Shown: positions 1-14,027, numbered from the stretch's first letter. The stretch is 64,000 nt of DNA from Vicugna vicugna (GCA_013265495.1 MU060007.1:12006243-12070242), one strand, 5' to 3'. The notes: generated by a model from the sequence alone, not told the origin. Translations and numbers: made by a program.

Positions 1-825
1 CTCTAAAGTGTGTTTGGAAACGTGGCCCTTTGGACGCCGGAGGCAGTCCCACAAGCCTCGTTTCCCATCCGCCCCACTTCACACAATGCATCTCAAGTAA
101 CATACATCAAGCCTTTGCTGTTAACACTTGGTGCTGGCGCGCTGGCTTTCATCCTGAGAAAATAAATAAACCAAACCAAACCCACAGCACTTTAAAAACA
201 CTAATTAATCCTCACCACAGGCCTGGACTACACAGAAACGGCAAATCCCACTGCCCCAGTTTTATGTTTGGAGAAACCAGGGTAAGCACCTTTTTGAAGG
301 CTTCTCGGGGCCAGATAACAGCAACTGACTTGAGGGGCTGGGCTGGGCCCGCCTCTGGGAGAAGGGCATCCGGCCATGTGGTTGCTTGCCCAGAACCCCA
401 TTTACACATCAGCTTTTCTTTTTTTCCCCAGGGTTACGAAGATGCCAAATCCTCTCATTTCCAACTGGCCTCTAATTTATTTGCTTACTTTTCTTTAATT
501 CTGGTAGAGCCTAGAAATTTTAGCAATGGCTTCCAAGAGTATCCTGGTGATTCTAGCTTATTTAAGTGTCTGTGCTAATTTTGATACTCAACACCAAAGC
601 AGACTACGCTCCAAGTAGACCCTTTCAGATTCAGCAGCTGTGAGGCCTCTTTGTACCCAAGATATGGGGATGTCCAGACTCTCCTTTCTCCCCATTCCAG
701 ACCAGACATCTTCCTACCTCAATTCCCCAGTCTTAGCATCTGTGCGGATGAAGATATATACCATTCTTGAAATTGTCAAACATAAAATTCTGGAAAAACA
801 TAAAACCTCACTAAATTTTATGGGA

Positions 826-867
826 CCAATGGAATAAAAGTGTAGTATCCAATGGAATTAAAGTGTA
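826..867 (+). repeat. 19-bp direct repeat, period 23 (CCAATGGAATWAAAGTGTA)
   Basis: Copies at 826-844 and 849-867, 18/19 identical. Confidence 0.85.
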
Positions 868-1351
868 CCAAGTCCACTTTCTAAATATTTACTAATTGGG
901 TCAGACTTTTTAGAGGCTTTTAAGGTGCTTACATGTAAAGCTGAAATGAAAGTTTTAAAAACATTTCTGAGAAGTAAGCTGTAGAAAGCCAAGCGCATAG
1001 TCTGCCTCAAGTAACCCGTAATCTAAGATGTTAGTGATCAGGCATTTATAGAATGAAGCCTGTTACCTCTGGCAGCAAATACCTAGGGAATGAATATATG
1101 GCTCCTGCTTCTGAAGAGCCTTTTGAATCGGAGGAAAAATATACGCCCGGGAAAAGATATTAACAGAGTTATAAAGTAGCAACAAATGATAAGCAATATC
1201 CATCGAATCCATAGGCACTGAGAAGAAATAAATATTGAGAGGCATTTGGGGGTGATTAGGATAGACTTCCTCAAAAAGTACAGTTTTAAATTTATGATTT
1301 CAACAACCTTGGCTTTATCTTTCTTGAATGAATGAAAATAATATTTAACAT

Positions 1352-1877
1352 TGTATTAATTTTCAATTGGTGCTAGACCAAATTACTATAAACTTGGTGA
1401 CTTAAAACAACGGAAATTTATCTTCTGTAGGTTAAAAGTCTGATGTGGGTCCCACAGGACAAAAATCCAGGAGGGCAGCGTTCCTTGCTGGAGGCTCTAG
1501 GGGGGCATCCATTTCCTTGCCCTTTCCAGCTTCGAGAGGCTGCCCACCTTGCTGGGCACGTGGCCTGCTTCCTCCGTCTTGGAAACCAGCGATGGAGGGG
1601 AACCTTCTCATAGTGCATCACTACGACCTTGGTTCCACCATCACATCCCTCCTCTGATCTCTTCCATCGCTCTTCCACTTTTTAAGGACTCTTGTGATTT
1701 CATTAGTCCCCACATGATAATCCAGGATAATCTCCCCCTTTTAAGGTCAGTTGATAAGCAATCTTAACCCCTTGTGCAGCATGAATTGCCCTTTGCAACC
1801 TAACCTCATGTATTCACGGGTCCTAGTCCCTTGTTCACAGGTGACATCTTTGGGGAGCCATTCTTCTGCCTACCACA
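1352..1877 (+). mobile_element. MaLR solo LTR (MLT1C/D-like)
   Basis: TG...CA ends. Hallmark blocks GACTTAAAACAACGGAAATTTAT, GGAGGCTCTAGGGG...TCCAGCTTC, ATAATCCAGGATAATCTCCCC and CATTCTTCTGCCTACCACA. Confidence 0.85.
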
Positions 1878-2379
1878 GACAACTTCTCTGTTGCACTAGA
1901 CTTTATGAAAAATACAAAGTGTAGCTTATAACGTAGTTGGAGAGAAGAACAAAAACATACAAAAAGTTAAAAGAAAATCAAATAACAGTTGAAGGCAACA
2001 GTGGTAGAGATATTACAGGTTGTACTTGATTGATTGCCAGATCATTGCCCTCGAGTCTGAGAGCGGCTGTGAGCGTGAAGGAGGGCTGAACCACACAGGC
2101 TGGTTCACAAAGGGAAGGGAGCCTTGCTCTGACCTTGGAATTAAGAGTTCCTGAGACGGAAAAGGCAATCCCGGGATATAGATGTGTATGAGTAAAAGGG
2201 CATGTGGGTAAATCTGTTCCTGGGATAAAGGGAAGGTGGGAAAGAGGAGACAGGAAAGATAAATTCAGGTAGTTTGTCAGACAAAGGAGATTAGGCTTGA
2301 TCCCGCTCTCAGTGGGAGGCTCCCTGTTTTAACGCGTGTTTTGTACGGGTAATACATGGGAGGGTTTTGTGTAGAAATT

Positions 2380-4380
2380 TTGAAAAATACAGAAAAGCTC
2401 CAAGATAAAGTTGAAAATCACTTAGTTCTACTATCCTGCGACCTAGAAGTAAGCACTGTTAATATTTGGCGTGCTTTTCTGCTCTCTCTCTCTCCCCCAA
2501 CCCTCTACTCGTTGACTGACATACAATATGCACACATTCTTACAGAAGGCAGATCATCTGATATATTATTTCATTACCTAATTTTTTAGCATAATTAAAT
2601 GTAGCATATTTTATTTTTAACATTTTTGTGTAACAATTTTCTTAATGGCTGCACGACATGGTATTCTATGGACTGCTCTAACGTGCGGGAATACTTAACC
2701 ATTGTCTCATCTTTGCATTTGCTAGGATATTTTCAATTTCTCATTAATATGAATAAAGCTGCAAGGACCATCTATTGTTTTGGAAGGATAATGTCTAAAA
2801 GCAAAATTCCTGGGTCAAAGGGCATAAATATTTTGAAGATTCTTTGACATGTATGGCCCAGTTGCTTCCCTGAAATGTTGTGTGAGTTGATACAGTTCTG
2901 CCATCACTGTATGAGAATGCTTACTACTCAGAATCTTCACTGTAGGGTATATTAGCTTTTTTTTAAACATTTTCCAGTTTTGTGAATAAAATAATGGACA
3001 TTTTCATTTGGATTTCGTTGATTACTGCTGAGCCTATGTCACTTTTCATGTTCATTGGCTATTTAGAGGCCATAATGAGTAGTACCTGTCTTTTTCTCAT
3101 GTTAAGAAAAAAAGATTTTCCTTATCAATTTTTAATATATACATTTGTTCTTTGCTATTGCATAGCAAATATTTTTCTTTTAATTTCATTTACAGTATCT
3201 TTTAAATTTAAAAATTAAAATTTTTTATTTTGTAGAATTCTTCCACTGTATTTATATATTTCTTAAAATTCTTCATCCTGAGTTCAAATATTCACTTGTA
3301 TTTTTTTCGAGTCCTACAAAGGTTTGATCTTTTATAGCTAGCCCTTCAAAAAATATATTTTAGGTATAGAATAAATGCAAAATAGGTTTAGAGTTTAAAA
3401 ATAGCAAAATTGTTATTATTATGCCCACTATCTTGAAAAAGCCATTTGAGATTTTGACTGAAATTGCACTGAATCTGTAGATCAGTTTGGAGGGTTGTCT
3501 TTTGTACCAACATTAAGTCTTCTCCATGAACACTGTGTATCTCTCCTTTGATGATATCTTCACTAATGACTCCTTGTAAAGTATTACAATTTTCGAGATT
3601 TTTTTTTTACCAGATTTGTTTTTAGGTACTTCATGGTTTTGAGGCTATTATAAATGGCCCCTTTTTCTTTTTGAATTCTGTTCATTGTTAGTGTAGAGGA
3701 GTTCAGTTGACTTTTAGATATTCAGTTGACATTTGCTCTCATATCCAACTAATGATGTTCAACTCTGTCTTCAAGTCTAATAATTTGTTCGGTTTGTATA
3801 TCAATAAGGAAATTTTCTGTGAATAGTGACAATTTGTTTGTTCCTTTCCCATCCTATATCTTTTACTTTTTCTTATCTTACTGTACTGTTCTTACTTAGT
3901 ACTGAATAAAAGTACTGAAATCAAGCATCCTTGTTTCATTCCCAATCTCAGAGGGAAAGCTTTCAGTTTTACCATTAAGCATAATGTTTATTGTAGGTTT
4001 TTTACACTCTATATCAGGGTAAGAAAACCCCCTTCTATTCCTAGTTTGTAGAATTTTAAAAATCATGAATAGGTGCTTGTTTTTTTCTGCCTTTATGAAT
4101 AAGATCATACAGTTTTCTCCTTTGATTTGTTAGCTTTCTGATTTTAAACAGATTTGCATTTTTAAGTTACACTCAATTTAAGCATTGCTAGATCCAATTT
4201 GCTAATATTTTATTCAGCATTTTTACATTCATATGTATGTATAAGAGTATTTGGTAATTATGATTTCTTATATTGTCTTTGTAAGATTTTGGTCAAGGTT
4301 ATGCTGTTTTCATAAAATAACTTGAATAGCACTCCCTTTTTTGTGTCCTCTGGAAGAGTTTCTGTGAACTAGAGATATTT
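2380..4380 (-). mobile_element. Old, degraded L1M (ORF2/3' region), antisense
   Basis: T-rich + strand. ORF 3896..4108(-) contains KPTINIMLNGKTESFPSEIGNE, resembling L1 RT KPTANIILNGEKLKAFPLRSG. Boundaries approximate. Confidence 0.72.
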
Positions 4381-4384
4381 GTCT

Positions 4385-4720
4385 TTTTTTCCCAAGCTTT
4401 ATTGAGATATATTTGACATATAACATTATGTAAGTTCAAGGTGAACAGTGTGATTATTTGATATATGTTTATATTGCAAAATGATTACCACAATAAGGTT
4501 TGTTAACATGTCCATTACCGCACATGGTTACCTTTTTCTTTTCTTTTCTTTTCTTTTTTTTGGTGGTGGTAAAAGCACTTAGGATCACTCTCTCAGTAAC
4601 AGTCAAGTATACAGTACAGGGCTGTTAACTATATTCACGATGCTCTACTTTAGGTCTCCGGAAATTTTTAATCTTATAAGTGGAAATTTGTACTTTTCAA
4701 CTACCGTTCCCATTTCTCCT
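4385..4720 (-). mobile_element. L1MA-type 3' end, antisense
   Basis: TTTATTGAGATATATTTGACATATAACATTATGTAAGTTCAAGGTGAACAGTGTGATT... is typical of an L1MA9/10 3' UTR complement. Confidence 0.75.
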
Positions 4721-5129
4721 ACTTGGTTGGGAGCGGCAGTCCCCACCTTATAATTTTCAAGGTTAACTTCTTAACATTACCAACAATGCATTTGAAAATT
4801 TTTTCTTTTAAAAATAAACTTACATAGCTTATTTTGTTGCTTTTGGAGAGAGGATCTATTGAGATTTCTAGTTCAACACACTGCCAGAAATGAATGCTTA
4901 CTATGAGGTATCAGTTAGAGAACTAAAGTGTTTTTTTAGTTAATATTTTCAGCATCATGTATTAAATTACTCATTCTTGTTCACTGTCTTGGTTCACAAA
5001 AAGCAGAACATGAGACAAAGAGTTGCATGTAGTCCGTTTACTTAAGAAGTGATCTCAGGGTGCTGGAGTGAGAAACAGATTTAATTTTATGTAAATTTCT
5101 TATAGATTTCAGTGCTTACATCCTTTTAC

Positions 5130-6150
5130 TATAACTAATTTTATTTTGAAATAGAAATTTTATTTTGATTCTTTTTTAGGTTGACTTAGGTACGTCTTTG
5201 AATTATCTTCTTTCTATGGAAAATTCATGGGTAGTATGCTTTCTGCGGCCTTGCATATTTGAGAATCTGTCTTTCTGTTACTTTCACACATAATGACAAT
5301 TTTGTTGGGTAAATCATCCCAAGGTCACAATTTTTGCCTCCACGATTCTGTAGACACTGCTTACGGTCTCTGACATCCATTGTTATCTCAGTACAGCCTG
5401 ATAGCCTTGCTTTGCAGGGATCCAGTTTTTCTCCCTCTGCCTAGATAATTATAGTATTCTGTCTTTGGTAGTGATAGTTAAAAACACTTATATCATTTGC
5501 ATATTTTGGACTTATTTCAACAGTTTTTCCTGGTACACAGTGATCACTAAACAATTAAAGTTTATTTTTCTTTTAATCCCAGGAAGGTTTTAAGCTGCTG
5601 TATGTTTGGATTTTTCTCTCTGTTAAATGTACTCTGGTCTTTTAAACACCACTTACATGTATGTTGGCTAGCCTTTCTCCTTCATATATGTTTTCTTTCA
5701 TTTCTCATTTTTATTTCTTTGCCCTTTTTACCTATAGTCTGGGGTGAGTTCCATTTTGCTAATTTTTTTTTCTTGCAGATCTCACTTGCTTCCAATGGCA
5801 TTTCAAAAGGCAGTACGGCAATTACCTCTCCTCACTGCCTTTCTGTAGGCTTTTCAGTTCTTTTTATTAAAAAAAATTACCAAACTTATCATTGTATCTT
5901 TTGCCTCTTCTTTCACAGATTTAACATTTCACTTGACTGTATTTAGTACACAGAGTTGATGCTGACAGTTTCCTCTTTTTCTTCAGTAACTAGTTTTCAG
6001 ATGTGCTCTGCCTCTCCCTCCACAATGATATGCTCATTGTGAAATATTTTCAAATTTCTGCATGTCTTAATATGTTCCATGTTGGCATTGTTTTGTTACT
6101 GAGTATAAATTAGCTGTTTTTTGCTAAACATGGCAGGGATGGATTATCTT
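5130..6150 (-). mobile_element. Old L1M fragment, antisense
   Basis: T-rich degraded sequence resembling the complement of L1. Boundaries approximate. Confidence 0.45.
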
Positions 6151-6959
6151 TGGGTTTTATCTCTGCATGCTGTTAGAATAATCACTACAAGAGCAGGAGG
6201 ACTGGTTTATATGAGATACATTGAGCTGGTTCAGTGATCTAATAGCTTATAAATGAGGAGAAGTGGTGTCGTGCGGTGAGCCATCCTGATAAGGGAAAAT
6301 AATCTCTAGATGGTCTCTTTGTATTTGATGGAGCCATTGATGTGGTGCCAGTTTTATGGTCATTTCTCATCAGCCCAGGTCCTGCTCCGGTATGCAGGTG
6401 ACTCTGCCCATTTCCTTTCCTGGTGCTGCTGTACCCCGGATTAAGATGGCCCCCTTGCATTCAATCTTCCAGTCTTCCTGTTGAGTGTGCTGGAGATGCT
6501 CTTCTGCTTCCTGGCATAGGTGATTTCTAATACTCTTGACCCATAGTCATGAAAGAGGTTCTCACTTGGAGGCTTCCCTTCTGCCCCATGACCTGCCCTG
6601 ATTTCCAAATTAGGAATGTTTGTTAAAGTGTCTAGTGTGACTCTTACTTAGCTCCCTGGGCACCCTACAGTTTTCTCAGGAAAGGAGCTTTCAGTCAGCT
6701 TTAGCTCCTCCCTTTCAAATGTGAGGGGTGTTAGATACCTGTGCTAGTTGTCCCCTTTCTGTGCTGTGTCCATATAAGCAGTTTTGAACAGGGTACACAC
6801 ATGATTAAGAAAGAGAATTGTGAAAACTCACATGGAGGGAAATAAAGAAAAGAATTAATGTTGACAGTGCACTGTGTTCTAGACGCTATCTAGGCACCCG
6901 CCCGCCCCATCCCCCATACCAGCTTTTTTTCTTTAGAGTGCATATCACATCTGGCATAA

Positions 6960-7092
6960 TTATGTTTTCAATTCTTACCTGTTTATCATCTTCTTCTCTC
7001 ATTAAAATCTAAGCTCCGTGAGGGCAGACGTTTTTGTCTTTTGTATTGATCACTGGAGCATCTGGAGCCGTGGCACAGCAAAAAGCACTTTT
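6960..7092 (+). mobile_element. L2 3' end fragment
   Basis: AATCTAAGCTCCGTGAGGGCAGACGTTTTTGTC...GTGGCACAGCAAAAAGCACTTTTCAAATAAATGT. Confidence 0.7.
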
Positions 7093-7458
7093 CAAATAAA
7101 TGTCCTCCTTTATTTAAAGAAAAATGGAAAAAAGGAAAGACTTGGGAAAGGCTTTAACAGATCTTTTAAAAAGAGATTGGATAGATGTCAGAGGCACTTG
7201 ATTTGTAACAGCTACTTCCTGTTCATCAAGTGAGACAAAAAACTTAGGTTTGGCTCAGTGGGTGGCAAGTGAGAGTCTGACACTAGTGTGATCTAGAGTG
7301 ACTTAGGCAGGAAGTCCCGATTATTTTGACCACTTATAAAAACTCATTTCAGAACCTTTCTTTTATATCATTTTGTAAAAACTCCTTCCAGAAGATAATT
7401 TGGTACTTCTCTGACTTTTAGCTCCTTTCTCAGAAGAGAAAATAAGAGTAAAAGAGGA

Positions 7459-7562
7459 GTGCTCACTTCGGCAGCACATACACTAAAATTGGGACAATAT
7501 GGAGATTAGCATGACTGCTGCACAAGGATGACATGCAAATTTGTGACGCAGTCCATATTTTT
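7459..7562 (+). pseudogene. U6 snRNA retro-pseudogene, near full length
   Basis: GTGCTCACTTCGGCAGCACATACACTAAAATTGGGACAATATGGAGATTAGCATGACTGCTGCACAAGGATGACATGCAAATTTGTGACGCAGTCCATATTTTT aligns end to end with U6. The ACAGAGA box is disrupted. Flanked by a 15-bp TSD with 2 mismatches (7444-7458 and 7563-7577). Confidence 0.95.
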
Positions 7563-8711
7563 AAGAATTAAAGAGGAAAGAGAAGGAAACTCAGCTCAAG
7601 TACCACCTTGCCTTATAATCTTTTGTTTGAGATGTAAGAATTATTTGTAGGATATAGATTTCATTTAAAGAAAGTTGAAGGTTGGATTTTGGTCATTTCC
7701 TGGACAGGTTAGAATATAGTACCTGATTTCTAACTGTTAATAACTAATGCTTAAAAATTTTAATGTTAGAGACTGAAAAAAATCTAAACCTTTCCCTTTT
7801 TGAACCGTATTTTCAAATTTATATGAAGTTATTTTTTCCTACTCGCTCCACAAACTATAAAGGGTGGCATATTTCCTGCATTGAGCTCAAATGAGTATAC
7901 ACTCGTTTAGAGTGAAAATATTGGCAGTGGAAACCAATTTAGAAAAAAATGGAAAGAGATGTACATAAATCACCAGACACTTGGAAGAGCATGTACCAAA
8001 TCAAGAATTCCATGTTTTCATAATTTTGTATTTTCCCTTTAAAAAAAATTCACTTTCCAAATTGTTGATGGTTTGGCAGTTCCAAGGATGACATCAGCTC
8101 CTCCATTGCGCAGTATCTGCTTTCTTTTAGATAACGTGATGGCACTTCATCAAGTTTTGGTGTGTAAGCTGAGTTAAAAGCCAACTGGGTTTGAGTTTAA
8201 ATTCCCTTAGCTGCTAAACCAAACACATTCGTGACCTTAGGACTATTTCTAAGCCCTCTAGAAAACACATATTGCACATAGGCTGCTTTATTTCTAGAAG
8301 TAGAAGTGAGCAAGTGAGAAAAAAACAACACTCCTTAAGAGTTCCTAATCGTGTCTGTCCAAGGGCGCTGTCTCATCAGCGCAGAACTCCAGCCTCACAC
8401 CAGTCACCCTCTTTTCTCTATCTTTACCTGACCCCACATTAAGAGGATAATAATCCTGGTATTGTTTCCCCACCTCAGAAAATCACCGATAGTTACCCGA
8501 GCTATAGTCTCTCTCAACAGTCAGGGGCAGCTTCTGACCATCGATGAGGTGGTGATGAAAAGATAATACTAGAAATTAGGCTGTTATTGGGGAAGAGAAA
8601 AGCAGTCTGTGAACAGTACTAACAACTTTCCTGCACTGCCGACAAACTCCCCTGTGACGCCAGGTGAAACACTTGCATTCCAAAAGTCTTGTCTGTCACC
8701 TGCCTCTAAAC

Positions 8712-8849
8712 CAGTATTTCACTAACCTGAATGAGCACAGGTATCACTTAATTCAGTTGGGTTGGGCCGGGGCCTGAATTCAGGATTTCTAACAAGCTCT
8801 TGGGTGGTGCCAATGCTGCTGATTCTCTGATTGTACTTTGAGTAGCCAG
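8712..8849 (+). mobile_element. MER5A-like hAT MITE remnant
   Basis: ATTCAGTTGGGTTGGGCCGGGGCCTGAATTCAGGATTTCTAACAAGCTCTTGGGTGGTGCCAATGCTGCTG...CTTTGAGTAGC. Confidence 0.75.
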
Positions 8850-11263
8850 TTTCTAGTCTAGAAGGACTTACATTTGATTTGAAGCTCAATGTTTACAATT
8901 TAAAATATACGCATAAATATTTGATTTAACACTAAATAAATATTTTTGTGAGATATCCAGTTGAAGACAGAGATACAAGACCTTAAATCTGAGAACTGTT
9001 TTACAGGTCTTGATAAATTTCCACCCAAGTTACTATTAAGGCCAGTTGGATAGCAGTTTATACAGTCTCTCTCATTGTCCAAATGCCAAATTGTTTTCTG
9101 ATCCTAAAGTAATCTAGTGTTTGGTTAAAAAAAAAATCAAAATATATTCCAGCCAGTGAGGAGTGAAGAGTTTAGAGCTTATTTCAGAAGTTTGGCTCCT
9201 TTTTCCTTTTGTTCCTGATGTTCTCTTTCTGCCACCATTCAGAAAGAAAACCCAAGCTTCCAAAAAATGGTGGTGAACTGAGTATTTACCACCCAGGAAG
9301 TGGTTCCCAAGTCAAGAATGAGGTAGCCAACTTCCTCAGAGTTCTCCCCAAATTCTCTGAGAGACTGCTTGGGTTGTGGGCTCTGACTCCTTTCAGGTAC
9401 CTCCTCTGATCTCGCAGCGTATTGGGGATGAATATAAGCCAACTCCAATGAATCCCCAGAGAGAATGCATGGAGACACTAGGTGACTAACAGAGCTACTT
9501 CTGTGTGAAAAGTAGGGAAACTCCCCAGGTTCATGCCTTTGTAAATGACTGAGAGGTTACTCTGGGGTGGGTTTTGACGTACATGCATCCATCTGGCTGG
9601 TTAAAGCAAGAACCGGGACACCTGTTTCTCTGTCTCTGTCTCCGAGGAACATGGAGTATCCTCATTCAGTGTCCCTGTGTGAGTTCATCATGCATCCTGG
9701 ACTCAGAAAGCTTCTTTTCTCTTCTCACCGCTCAAAAATAAAAGCATAAACATGTCTCCAATTTTAGAGCATCTGAGAAAAATATCTAGTCACTTGCCAC
9801 ATTTAGAGGGAAAATGGTAGAATTTGATTTCCTATAATATTGCAAAGAAGAAAACCTATTCTTTTTTTCCCCCATGAATTGATGCCTTGGTTTGGAACAT
9901 CCTAAGAGGATTCAGGATAGTGAATCCTTTAAACTGTATAGAGATTAGAAACAAACATTACATGCGTTATTTAATTTAAAAATAAAATATAGAATTTTAT
10001 ATTCAGTATCATCTCAATTATGTACAGAAATACAGGCATCAAAACAAGATTAGAAGGAATACACCAAAATGTTATGATTGTCCATTCGCTTTGGAGAATG
10101 CAGTTATAGATGATTTTTATTATCTTTTTCATTCTGTTCAGTAAAGCCCACTTTTTTTTTGCAAGTATACACTGTTACTTTTGCAATTCACCAAAAAAAA
10201 AAAAAAAAAGAAGAAGAAGAAAAAGGAAGCAAAGCAACCCTGTGATCAGGTGAAAAGTCCCTGAGCCTGCACCCTCTCCCACCAAACATGTCTAAACCTC
10301 TGTTCTGGAACTTGTGTCTGTAGTTGTTTGATGTTTTTATGTGGTATAGATCTGTGTACTGCCTCAGTGACAGGAATAAATTAGAGTGGCTCGGTAAAGA
10401 CCAAACTCATCAATTTTTCCCAAATCTGTATTTGATTAATTCTACAAAGGTCCAGGTCAAAGTTATTCCTCAAACCTTATTATTTTAATAAAGAAGCCCA
10501 AAGTTTCCACGTTTGTCAGGAAATTCATTATCACTGTAGAATAGCAAAAGGTCACAAAATGTCTCCTTCCACAATCAAATAGCACATAAGAAAAATTTCT
10601 TTTTCTCAACAATTCATTACCCCAGCAAAACCAAGAGAAACCTCTGACATTTGCTTCAGGGGAAATAAATGTTCCATAGATCATGGAGAAAAATGACAAA
10701 CAAATTAATGAGAAATAAATACACTCCTGCAGTGTAGCCAGCCATGCCAGACCAAACACAAGTCACAGTCAGCTCTTAGTCCAGGTCTTCCCAACTCTGA
10801 AGAGTGACAGTTTCCATAATGGCATCAGCACTTCAGTTACAGAAAGCTGTACACACACCAAAGAAACACAAATTAAAGAAACATGTGGTGAAAAAACAGA
10901 AAGAGAAATTCTATAATTTCATGCAAATTTAACTGGAGTGGGAAAGTCATTGCTGGCAAAGCATTATTGAAATCTTGAGCTAATAAGTGGAAGCATTCTA
11001 GAAGTTATTCATCCCCCCCTTCATAATGCTTTATACAAAATCGTAAGTTGACTGAATTTAGCAGTGCTCAATTTTCTCACATCCTAAAAATTCCTTTCTT
11101 TAATTCAGCCTTATTCTGGGCATCTTTTCCTTCATCTCTAAACTTTGTCAAGGAGTAACTTACATGTGCTTTCTCCATATTGTCAATTTCCATTTATTTA
11201 CAAACTATATAATTTTAACACCAAGTATATTTCCGTTTTCATGTTTTAAAAAAATACAAGCAG

Positions 11264-11379
11264 GGAGGAGTGTAGCTCAGTGGTAGAGCACATACTTAGC
11301 ATGCTCAAGATCCTGGGTTCAATCCCCAGTACCTCCATTAAAATAATAAATAACCTAATTAACCCCCCCAAAAAAACCC
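11264..11379 (+). mobile_element. tRNA-Ala-derived SINE (camelid vic-1-like)
   Basis: GGAGGAGTGTAGCTCAGTGGTAGAGCACATACTTAGCATGCTCAAGATCCTGGGTTCAATCCCCAGTACCTCCA followed by an A-rich/C-rich tail. Direct repeat ACAAGCAG at 11256-11263 and 11380-11387. Confidence 0.9.
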
Positions 11380-11675
11380 ACAAGCAGTACCAGTAAAGCC
11401 AAAATTCACTATGACCCCCAGCTCCAGTCCCCTCCCCAGAGATGACCACTGTTAGCAGTTTTGCCCTACATAAGTAGATGTACTTATGTAATATGGACTT
11501 ATGGAGTTATGTATGTATGTGCATATATAAAATACTTTTAGGGCATAAATGCTATCATAAAGTGTACTTTTTTGCCATACTGTTTTTGTTTCTTGGTGTT
11601 TTTTTTTCTTTTTTGTTTGTTTGTTTTAACTCAATGATCTACCTTGCAGATCTTTTTAGGTCAGGACATATAAAG

Positions 11676-11822
11676 CAGTGGTTTTCAGCTGGGAGCCATT
11701 TCTGGAGACATTTTTGATGGTCACAACCTGACTTCAGGTACAACTGACATCTAGTAGGTAGAGACCAGCGATGCAGGACATCCCACCCCAAATGTCAGTA
11801 ATGCCAAGGTTGAGAAACCGTG
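11676..11822 (+). mobile_element. MER20 (hAT-Charlie MITE), internally deleted
   Basis: CAGTGGTTTTCA...TCTGGAGACATTTTTGATGGTCACAAC...CATCTAGTAGGTAGAGACCAG...CCAAGGTTGAGAAACCGTG. Confidence 0.88.
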
Positions 11823-14027
11823 ATATGGATCTACTTTATTCTTTTAGCTGCTGCATAGGGTTCTGCAGTTTATTTCACTGGTCATGCAAGAATGTACATT
11901 TAAATGAATTTTCCAAAACATGTTTATTTGTGCCCAGTAGTGAGTGTTTCTCCCATTTACTTTTCACCCAACCACAATCTGCCTTCTGCCCGAAATATCC
12001 CCTAGGTTACCAGTAGCCTCCTAATTTCCAAATCCCTTGGCTCCTTTTCTGGGTGAGGTGACTTGGCCTTTCTGTCACATTTGTGCTCATCACCCTTCTC
12101 CGGGAAGCATGCCCTGCCCCACCCTCTGAGTCTCTGCCCTAGCCTTTCTGCTTCTGTTGCCCCAGTTCACTCTCTCTGGCTGGTCAACCACCACTTCCTG
12201 AGCTCTGGCTGTCCTCCAGGCACTGTGCTAGGCATCAGGGATCTGAAGGCGGACTGAGAAGTCCCTGCCCTGGAGACCCTCTGGTCCAAAGATCAAGTAG
12301 GTACAGGAGTCGCACAGAGCAAAGCACATCCTGGTCAGGGTGTATGCAAAGTTTGCTGTGGGACTGAATGATTAAAGTGTGGAAGTTGTTGTTTTTTTTT
12401 TAAATATAAGTAGCTTAACATGCAAACATCTTTTAACATAATTTTTGACAGTACCATTTTTGTCATATTTTTTGTCAGTATCATTTTTTTAAATTGAAGT
12501 AGAGTTGATTTGCAGTGCTGTCAAAGATTTTAAAGGACAATAGAAAATGTTTTTCCTTCACAGTTCAGAGTTTATTGCATATTTTATCTTCATGACTACT
12601 TCTCCCATAATGTAGATTTTAAAAAAATAAATCAAGAAAAATACTTTCCTCACATTTTCCCACCACCGCTCTCTTTTTCTGCTTTTGAAACAGCAACTGC
12701 ATTGTTTCACATTTGCTCTACAGGGAATGCAGTTGGCCTTGGCCAAGGCAGAGGAAAGATCAAATTAGAGAGCAGCCTTGCTTGCTGCTGTGGGCCGAGA
12801 GGCGGGAAGTGAGGTTGGCACGCCCTCCTCTCCATCTGGAGCCTCCTTCCTCGAGGTGTTCTTTTCAGCCTCCTGGGGCTGTGGGACCGTCACCTCCCAC
12901 CAGCCCGTCACTCCTGTGAGGGGACTCCAGGAGTGCACTGAGTGCAGCTGCTGCCCAGCTCTTATTTCCCTGGATCAAGGGATGTTAAGCCCCTACCTGA
13001 AACCTGACAGCAAGGCAGAGCTCCACTATAAATCCAAGCAGTGCTCACTGGCAGTGAACTAGAAGTTCACTCTGAATGCTCCCTGGGCAGCCCGGGGAGA
13101 TACAAAGATAAGGGGGACATGGCCCCTGCCCCAGAGAAGCTGGAGGAAGCTAAGGGTGGGAGCACGTAAAAGCAGCCGCTTAGAATTCAAGGCAGAATAC
13201 AGTAAGCCCTAAAAAGAGGATTGAGCCAAATTGCTTAAGGAGAAAGGGGGGGTTTAGTTATGATAGAGGATCAAACAAGGCACTTGAAAATTGTCTCCTC
13301 TCTCTCTCTTCGAAATACCAGCAGCTTTGTTTGATGGGTTCTTTCTATTTAAACACGAGGGAAGTAAGATTTCGAAAAGGAGGGATGAAGTGTGAAGAGA
13401 ACTAGATTCTAGAGTGCTGTTATGCTGAGCACGGTGTAGTGCAGGTGAAGCTCCAAACCTTAGATGTGGGAGTTTCTATCTCAGATCATTATCTCAAGTC
13501 TGAATAAAAGCATCCAGGATTGTGGCTGTCTTCGTCCCACATGCTCAAGTCTGAGCCACCCTGTTTGTACGTCGGGGGTTGTAATTTGATTTATTTCTGT
13601 CGAGTTCATTTTATGCAAGTCACATAATCTAATTCTTAAAGGCACACCCACTGATCCCTCCAGATCTGTGTGTAGAAGTACTCCAAGGTCTGTATTTGTA
13701 TTTCTAAGTGCTTATGTTGAAGCCGAGCGCTGAGTGCATAAAGGATTAGCTGGAACATAGAGGCTTTTACCATAAGCCCTGCTAGACAGAGGGCAGAAAG
13801 GAAGATTTGACGGATGTGCCGGATCGGGAAGGGCAGCGCTAATAGGGGAGAGGATGAAGCAGCTGGTTGAACGGGTCAGTGAACAAGGACAATAATAATA
13901 TGAACCAGAGCTGGAGTTTGTTTGGGGTCTACAAATGCCCATTCTTTATCTCTCCAAGAAGAGAAGTGATTGGACTAGAGTCAGAAGGCATGGGGAGCCC
14001 TGCTCCGGACACACCCAGGGAGCTGCT

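Noticed and set aside
30-578. 182-aa ORF at the window start
   Set aside because: Starts at TTG, has no recognisable domain or exon structure, and lies in the ARSB intron.
12484-12522. Short antisense L1-tail-like segment (TTTTTTTAAATTGAAGTAGAGTTGATTTGCAGTGCTGT)
   Set aside because: I could not define a clean TSD, so I did not call it a micro-insertion.
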